DNA of 62,012 bases from an uncultured Candidatus Saccharibacteria bacterium (GTDB lineage Bacteria; Patescibacteriota; CAZHWT01), in assembly GCA_964597145.1 (NCBI GenBank), contig CAZQWH010000005.1, positions 1 to 62,012 on the forward strand, given 5' to 3'. The notes under the pieces are model-generated. The model was not told the origin of the DNA. It was given only the letters and a program-made list of their open reading frames with translations, and did no database searches. A program made the position numbers and the translations under genes. Below, in pieces: positions 56,450-62,012 of the stretch. Numbering within the stretch: position 1 is the first letter of the stretch; the number at the start of each line of letters is the position of its first letter.

Positions 56450-56478
56450 TTGACGCTTGCTTGCTCTATTGGTAGACT
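56450..56478 (+). promoter_or_regulatory. sigma70-like promoter TTGACG-17-TAGACT
   Basis: A second candidate, TTGACA-17-TACTAT, lies at 56496-56524. Both are upstream of the CscA-like gene. Confidence 0.45.
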
Positions 56479-56582
56479 GATAAAGCAGGCCCATGCTTGA
56501 CAGTGTCTCTGGGGATAGCTACTATGTTTATATAGAGCCGATATCAAGAGACGGACCATTATTTATTTTTTATAGGAATATA

Positions 56583-57530
56583 ATGAAAAAACCCTTCCTC
56601 CTCGCGTCTCTGCCCACCGCACTTATTTTTACCTTAGTTTTAAGTCTCATTTCTCCGGTATTTTCCAATCCTGTTCGTGCCCAAGCCGAAGGCGGTACTC
56701 GGATCGGTATTTCACCGGTAACGTTCAATTTAACTGCCAATCCTGGTGATACCCTAGATCAGGTTATTAAAGTTAGGAATGATGCGGCAGCTACTCAACA
56801 AATTACCATAGAAGCGGAAAACTTCACGGCCGTTGGCGAAGAAGGTCAGGTGGCATTGACTGATGAAGATACTAGTTTCAACCTGGCTAGCTGGATAGAG
56901 TTTGAGAGTAGCACCTTTGTTCTTGGTAGTGGTGAAGAAATTCAGGTTCCGTTCCTCATTCGAGTTCCGGGCAATGCGGAGCCAGGTGGTCACTACGCCA
57001 GTGTATTTGCCCATGTCGGCCCGGTAAGTCCAGATGGATCGGGTTCAGCAATTGGCCAAAAAATTGGCTCATTAATACTTTTGCGCGTAGCTGGTGATGT
57101 AGAAGAATCTGCGTCGGTAGAATCATTTGCAGTTGGCAAGTTCGATCCTGGACAACCAGTGCCTTTCGAGATAAGGGTCAAGAACCAAGGCTCGGTGCAT
57201 ATCCGCCCTGCAGGATTCGTGACAATTAACGACTTTATGGGTAATAAGGTTAAGGATGTTAGCATTGAAGATAGCAATATATTCCCTGGAGCAATTCGGA
57301 AGATACACGCAACTTGGGAAGACCCTGGATTTATCGGCCGGTATACGGCCAATGCCCTGATGTACTATGGCGATACTAACCAACAGTTGACTGCCACCAC
57401 CACCTTCTGGATCATCCCTTGGAAAACGGTTGGAATTGTGGCTGGTGCAGCTCTGGTTGTCGTATTGATCCTCTGGTTTGGCCGCCGACGAATTGGCCGA
57501 TCTATCAAAGCTTTGGTATCCGGGAGCTAG
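56583..57530 (+). CDS. DUF916/DUF3324-like (WxL-interacting, CscA-like) surface protein with a C-terminal TM anchor
   Basis: ATG at 56583 (MKKPFLLASL..). PGNAEPGGHYASVFA and IFPGAIRKIHATW motifs. C-terminal TM helix plus RRRIGR tail. Promoter-like sites at 56450-56478 and 56496-56524. Confidence 0.55.
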   Translation: MKKPFLLASLPTALIFTLVLSLISPVFSNPVRAQAEGGTRIGISPVTFNLTANPGDTLDQVIKVRNDAAATQQITIEAENFTAVGEEGQVALTDEDTSFNLASWIEFESSTFVLGSGEEIQVPFLIRVPGNAEPGGHYASVFAHVGPVSPDGSGSAIGQKIGSLILLRVAGDVEESASVESFAVGKFDPGQPVPFEIRVKNQGSVHIRPAGFVTINDFMGNKVKDVSIEDSNIFPGAIRKIHATWEDPGFIGRYTANALMYYGDTNQQLTATTTFWIIPWKTVGIVAGAALVVVLILWFGRRRIGRSIKALVSGS

Positions 57531-57533
57531 AAT

Positions 57534-59531
57534 GTGCGCTCGATTAAACTGCCCAGTTTACTATTTGTAATCTCGTTGTTTGGCCTGCTTTGGCTAGCGG
57601 GAGCAGTGAATCTAGGTAGTTTTGATACGTTTGCTCAGATAAGTAAATGTGATATTTTGACTCCGCAAGGAGTATGTACTATCGATGGGGCGGGCAATCC
57701 CCCGGGGGCAATTGACTTTCAAGTTTCAGTTAGTGGTTTCGTTCCTGAGACCGCCATCCAGCTCAAAGGATATACTGCTCCTGGTGCCTTCGTGATTGTC
57801 AGTGAGGGTACCGATGTAGTGGGCGCGGCTACCGCTGAATCAGATGGTGCTTTTGACTTTACCTTACATGCCCTGCAGGCTGGGTCACCACATGCCCTAT
57901 CCATTATTGCCTCGACTAGTTACCAAACCACACCTGGTACTGGATTTGTGGTTACGCCTGTTGCAAACTCATTGGTTACCGTCGACAACATCACCTTGCC
58001 TCCATTTATTCAGGTTACACCTACCTCAGCTGACTTAGGCAATCCTTTTACTATCTATGGAGAGGCTGCGCCAGGTGCGACCGTCAATGTGTTTGTCGAG
58101 TCACCGCTGGTCAGTGCGACTACGGTTGTTGATGCCAATGGTGACTGGAGTATTGATACCATCACAGAGTTTGGGGTATTGCCCCAGGGGTCATATATCA
58201 CCTACGCCTATCAGTCGGTCGGGGCATTTCAGAGTAATAACTCGCAAATCATCAGTTTTGAAGTTAGAGAAACTCAGAGTACAACCTTCTTAGCCATGAA
58301 TGGGTATGGCCCGCCGGGGGCATTTATGACCATTAAAAATGGTAATACAGTGGTAGGCAGCGGCATTGTTGATGTTGATGGGACATTTAGCAACACTGTT
58401 TCTTTCCCCGATGTTAATGCCACGGTAGATATGAGCATTGTTGTAGATGATGGCGACCAGGTGTCGTTACCAACCGAGTTTAGTGCCAACTTAATCTCCA
58501 CCCAAACTACCACCGTCGACGATATCCTACTCCCCACCTTTATTAGCGTTAGCCCGCTCATAGCCAACGAAGGCTCGGCTATTACCGCCAGTGGTGTGGC
58601 CACTCCCAATGCTACCGTTACCCTAACCATCGAAAGTCCTACCAAGACAGTTGCTCTCACCTCAGATGCAAGTGGTGCCTGGAGTCAGGAGCTGATAGCC
58701 GAGTTTGGCAGCCTGCCTGAGGGTGTCTATACCGCCTCAGCCATAGTCAGCCTGCCAGGGCTAACCGACAGCGTCGAATCTCGCACCATTACCTTTACTG
58801 TCACGGAAGTCACCACCGCTACCGATTTAGTGGTAGAGGGTATGGGTCCGCCCGGCGCCTTTATTAGTTTTACCGAAAATAGCTTGGTAATTGGCACCGA
58901 TACCATTCATGCAGATGGCCAATTCTCGCATACTCTTAAATTTAGCGACCAAACCCTGCCTCATACCATTAGCATTGTGGCCAGCAACGATACCCAACAA
59001 ACCCCACCCACCACCTTTACCGTTACGGTTAATGCCTTCTCGGTTACCACCGTGTCTAATATTATTTTACCAACCTTTATTGAAGTGGTGCCCAAATCGG
59101 TACCGTACGGGGATACCGTTATTGCCAAGGGTACTGCAGTCCCCAATGCCTTAGTTATGGTTTACATGCGCGAACCATTAGTCAGCAAGCCCACCACCAG
59201 CGGGCCAGATGGTAAATGGCAACTAGACCTCAACACTATCGCTGGGACTATTAATAAAGGGAAGTATACTGCCTATGCCCGGGTTACCACCCTACCCGAC
59301 GAATATCAAAGCGGCCTCTCCCGCGAAGTTGAGTTCGAGGTGATTGAAGCCGACGAGTGCGCTATCCGCCGCTCCGACCTCAACTGTGACAACCGGGTCG
59401 ATATTACCGACCTAGGTATTTTAATTTTCTACTGGGGCACTGCCGGAGCCGGCCAAAAAGCCGATATCAACCAAGACGGCACAGTCAATATTCAGGATGT
59501 GGGGATAATGGTGTACGATTGGACGTACTAA
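57534..59531 (+). CDS. secreted protein with three Ig-like repeat pairs and a C-terminal dockerin-like domain
   Basis: 665 aa with a GTG start. Three A-B repeat pairs of about 170 aa (GPPGAF.. / LPTFI..). C-terminus DLNCDNRVDITDLGILIFYW..DINQDGTVNIQDVGIMVYDW gives two Ca-loop dockerin segments. Confidence 0.65.
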   Translation: MRSIKLPSLLFVISLFGLLWLAGAVNLGSFDTFAQISKCDILTPQGVCTIDGAGNPPGAIDFQVSVSGFVPETAIQLKGYTAPGAFVIVSEGTDVVGAATAESDGAFDFTLHALQAGSPHALSIIASTSYQTTPGTGFVVTPVANSLVTVDNITLPPFIQVTPTSADLGNPFTIYGEAAPGATVNVFVESPLVSATTVVDANGDWSIDTITEFGVLPQGSYITYAYQSVGAFQSNNSQIISFEVRETQSTTFLAMNGYGPPGAFMTIKNGNTVVGSGIVDVDGTFSNTVSFPDVNATVDMSIVVDDGDQVSLPTEFSANLISTQTTTVDDILLPTFISVSPLIANEGSAITASGVATPNATVTLTIESPTKTVALTSDASGAWSQELIAEFGSLPEGVYTASAIVSLPGLTDSVESRTITFTVTEVTTATDLVVEGMGPPGAFISFTENSLVIGTDTIHADGQFSHTLKFSDQTLPHTISIVASNDTQQTPPTTFTVTVNAFSVTTVSNIILPTFIEVVPKSVPYGDTVIAKGTAVPNALVMVYMREPLVSKPTTSGPDGKWQLDLNTIAGTINKGKYTAYARVTTLPDEYQSGLSREVEFEVIEADECAIRRSDLNCDNRVDITDLGILIFYWGTAGAGQKADINQDGTVNIQDVGIMVYDWTY

Positions 59532-59550
59532 AAACAGCGGAGCTGTTTTT
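59531..59550 (+). terminator. rho-independent terminator
   Basis: AAAACAGC-gga-GCTGTTTTT, directly after the dockerin protein stop codon. Confidence 0.65.
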
Positions 59551-59590
59551 AGTCGTAGGTGGGAGATCGGAGATAGAAGATCGATAACTC

Positions 59591-60021
59591 GTCATTGCGA
59601 GGAGTGGAGCGACGTGGCAATCTTGCATATAATCTACTCGTCATCGCGAGCGCAGTACGGCAATCCTAGTTAGAGTTATTGAGTTAACTTCTGGTACAAA
59701 TCTTCCCAAAGTGGGTTAGCTTGCTCAATCAACCGTAGCTTCTTTTCCCTCGAGCCAGCCTTAAGTTGCTTCTCCCGTTTAATGGCAGACTCGATGTCTT
59801 CAAATACTTCAAAATAAACTAATTTGTGGACATGATATTTTTGAGTGAAACCTACTATTGAATTTGATCTGTGTTCAAAAATTCGCTTAGTTATATTACT
59901 GGTTACGCCAATGTACAACACGCAGCCAGTTTTATTTAGTAATTAATATAAACATAGGATTGCTTCATAACTGAGATTTTACTCCAGTATGGCAAGATTG
60001 CCACGCTACGCTCGCAATGAC
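59591..60021 (-). mobile_element. GIY-YIG gene flanked by inverted GTCAT..GCAATC hairpin modules
   Basis: Left: GTCATTGCGAGGAGTGGAGCGACGTGGCAATC (59591-59622) and GTCATCGCGAGCGCAGTACGGCAATC (59640-59665), both +. Right: GATTGCCACGCTACGCTCGCAATGAC (59996-60021), -. Confidence 0.5.
59676..59921 (-). CDS. GIY-YIG nuclease family protein (N-terminal strand appears frameshifted off)
   Basis: 81 aa from a GTG: LYIGVTSNITKRIFEH..KYHVHKLVYFEVF..AIKREKQLK. The expected N-terminus (ATG at 59955, MFILI..) is in another frame. Confidence 0.6.
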   Translation of the reverse strand: MLYIGVTSNITKRIFEHRSNSIVGFTQKYHVHKLVYFEVFEDIESAIKREKQLKAGSREKKLRLIEQANPLWEDLYQKLTQ

Positions 60022-60236
60022 GGCATTATTTTACCTCTTTTTTGGCAATTTTGGCGCAGAGAAGAAAATCCTTTTTGCTCAGTTTTTCGTTAGTCTTTAA
60101 ATAATTCATGCATATATTTAAAATTTTTAATAATTCTAATTTGTTTTGAATTTCTGTTTTCAAATTTTGAATTTTATTCACAATGCTTGCCCGCTATTGG
60201 TTATCTCTATATACTAACTTTATATATTGTTTTCGA

Positions 60237-61826
60237 ATGAAGAAACATTTTTACCTACTAACAAGTTTATGTATAGCGGGTCTAGCACTGTGGCTGCTGC
60301 CTACGGCAGCAGAAGCCGCCACCATCCACTTCAACCCCAGCCCTATCACGGTTGGTAAAGACCAGACGGCCGAAGTCCAAATTGTGGCTAGTAGCGATGT
60401 GCCGATTAATAGTGTCGTGGTAGAGTTCACCTATCCCACAAATTTAGTTTTGGCGGTAGAGGCTAATGCTCGCGGCTCGGTGTTTCCTATCACCGTCTTC
60501 CCTCCAACTCGGGATAATAATACTGGTCGGGCGCAGTTTACCGTGGCCGTTACTCCGCCAGGGTATACGGGCAGCAATGGGGTTATTGGCACGTTGGTAT
60601 TGCGCGGCCAAACCTTGGGCAATGGCAAGCTCAAGGTAGATAACAGCCAAACCAAAGTTATTGCCGCCGATGGCCACGGCACCAATGTATTTACCGGTTC
60701 AACCGACGGGGATATTATTGTAGATAATTCAGTAGAACCGCAATTCATTGAAACCGGTGAAGTTGGGCCGGTGCCCATTGTAACCTCAACCTCTCACCCC
60801 GATCCATCCAAATGGTATAAAGATCGGGCGGTTACCTTTACCTGGGAAGGGGCAGACGAATACAACTGGGTCTTCGATCAGTCTCCCGACACCATCCCTG
60901 CTACTAATTCCAAAGGCTCGGCGACCTCCACTACCATTGGCGGAGTGGCGGATGGCGTGTGGTACATTCATGTCCGAGGTGTTAAGGGCAACAAATGGGG
61001 GGCAACCACTACCTTTAAGGTGCAAGTTGATGGTAGTCCGCCGCCCGGCTTTAGCTTAGGCTTCGATCCAGAGCCAAGCACCGACCCATCGGCATTGCCC
61101 GTTATAACCTTCCAAACCGACGGCGCCCAAGCCGGTATCGATAGATACGAGTTGAGCCTAGATGGGGACGAATTTGTGGTAGTTCGCTCGCCATACCAAT
61201 TACCTCAAGTAGCACCCGGCAAGCACACTATTCAAGTTAAAGCTTTAGATAAGGCTGGCAATGAAACCATCGCCTCGGCCGAGCTGAATGTGGTGCCGTT
61301 ATCGCCCAAGCCAGCTATTAAATCACCAGGTTCAGGCTTTAACTTTGCCATCGGCGAAGATAACAGTATTAAGGGCACGGCACCACCCAAATCTTCAGTT
61401 CAGCTATTTGCCAATGGCCAGTTTGTGATGGCCGTTGATGCCAACGACAAAGGCGAATTTGAAATCAAACTAAATTCTCAGCTGGAACCGGGCGACTACA
61501 AGTTCAAGGTCCGAGCGGTCAAGGCCGGCCATTTATACTCCGAATTCTCCAACGAGATTAGTGGTACGGTCGCACCAGGCGGCGGTGGGTTAAATATTGG
61601 CGGGTTTGTGATTCCACTTTGGCTAACTTTAATTTTGTATGTGGTAGTAATTTTGCTCTTGCTAGGACTATTAGGGTATCTATATTACCGTTGGCGTAAA
61701 GCCCGTCGCGAACAGAAACTGGCCTTGCAAAAGTTAGAGTTAATGACCGAATCCGACCCAACTTCCGAGGCTCCCGCCGACGCGAAGCCAATTGATACCG
61801 GGGTTGGGCAAGAAGAAACTAAATAA
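60237..61826 (+). CDS. cohesin-domain surface protein with Ig/FN3-like domains and a C-terminal TM anchor
   Basis: ATG at 60237 and a signal peptide. Cohesin-like block IHFNPSPITVGKDQTAEVQIVASSDVPINSVVVEFTYP..GRAQFTVAV..NGVIGTLVLRG. C-terminal helix LTLILYVVVILLLLGLLGYLYY plus RWRKARR. Confidence 0.6.
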   Translation: MKKHFYLLTSLCIAGLALWLLPTAAEAATIHFNPSPITVGKDQTAEVQIVASSDVPINSVVVEFTYPTNLVLAVEANARGSVFPITVFPPTRDNNTGRAQFTVAVTPPGYTGSNGVIGTLVLRGQTLGNGKLKVDNSQTKVIAADGHGTNVFTGSTDGDIIVDNSVEPQFIETGEVGPVPIVTSTSHPDPSKWYKDRAVTFTWEGADEYNWVFDQSPDTIPATNSKGSATSTTIGGVADGVWYIHVRGVKGNKWGATTTFKVQVDGSPPPGFSLGFDPEPSTDPSALPVITFQTDGAQAGIDRYELSLDGDEFVVVRSPYQLPQVAPGKHTIQVKALDKAGNETIASAELNVVPLSPKPAIKSPGSGFNFAIGEDNSIKGTAPPKSSVQLFANGQFVMAVDANDKGEFEIKLNSQLEPGDYKFKVRAVKAGHLYSEFSNEISGTVAPGGGGLNIGGFVIPLWLTLILYVVVILLLLGLLGYLYYRWRKARREQKLALQKLELMTESDPTSEAPADAKPIDTGVGQEETK

Positions 61827-61845
61827 CTTTGTTATTGAGTTCCTT

Positions 61846-61984
61846 GAGAATACAAAATACAGGATGTGGAATGCAGTAGTAATGAGGTTCCTGCACCCTG
61901 CGCCTTCTGTTTGGCTTGTCGTACTTGTTTCAGTTGTCATCCTGAACTTGTTTCAGTTGTCATCCTGAACTTGTTTCAGGATCT
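61846..61984. repeat. degenerate heptamers, then a tandem duplication of the 22-nt unit TTGTCATCCTGAACTTGTTTCAG
   Basis: GAGAATA CAAAATA CAGGATG TGGAATG (61846-61873). GTCATCCTGAACTTGTTTCAG occurs twice, the second copy closing as ..TTTCAGGATC (61925-61984). Confidence 0.8.
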
Positions 61985-62012
61985 CAACTCTTGACTCATC
62001 AATATAAACTTG

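Overview
The window is 62 kb of bacterial chromosome using the standard genetic code, since TGA ends several clear genes such as atpF. The genes point to a small-genome, monoderm-type organism, probably Candidate Phyla Radiation/Patescibacteria and possibly Saccharibacteria-like; this taxonomic call is inference only. Housekeeping genes include trhO, ppa, radC, a UvrD-type helicase-nuclease, a PIF1-like helicase, a DEAD-box helicase, mscS, dus, gpsA, bcp and zwf. There is a type IV pilin-like cluster (28.5-31.1 kb), followed by a 1676-aa beta-helix surface protein and an S8 protease. An F-type ATP synthase cluster (atpF-H-A-G-[insert]-D-C, 43.8-51.1 kb) has no a or c subunit gene next to it. 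This cluster is interleaved with a cell-surface island: two WxL-like secreted proteins, two DUF916/DUF3324-like anchored proteins, and an Ig-repeat dockerin protein next to a cohesin-bearing anchored protein. No rRNA, tRNA, CRISPR array, transposase or reverse transcriptase was seen. The most unusual signal is non-coding: almost every long intergenic region is built from three repeat types. (i) Tandem arrays of degenerate 7-nt units. (ii) Hairpin modules with conserved GTCAT...ATC flanks and co-varying stems, sometimes nested inside one another. (iii) A 99-nt conserved core present three times. Inverted heptamer or hairpin arrays bracket small cargo: three four-helix-bundle (23S-IVS/Avd-like) genes, one wedged between atpG and atpD, plus two decayed GIY-YIG nuclease genes and the 99-nt core. 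The same repeat sequence appears to have been read through to give atpD a C-terminal tail of about 260 aa, and it sits in the 5' coding end of the giant surface protein. All functional calls come from motifs read by eye; no database search was run.
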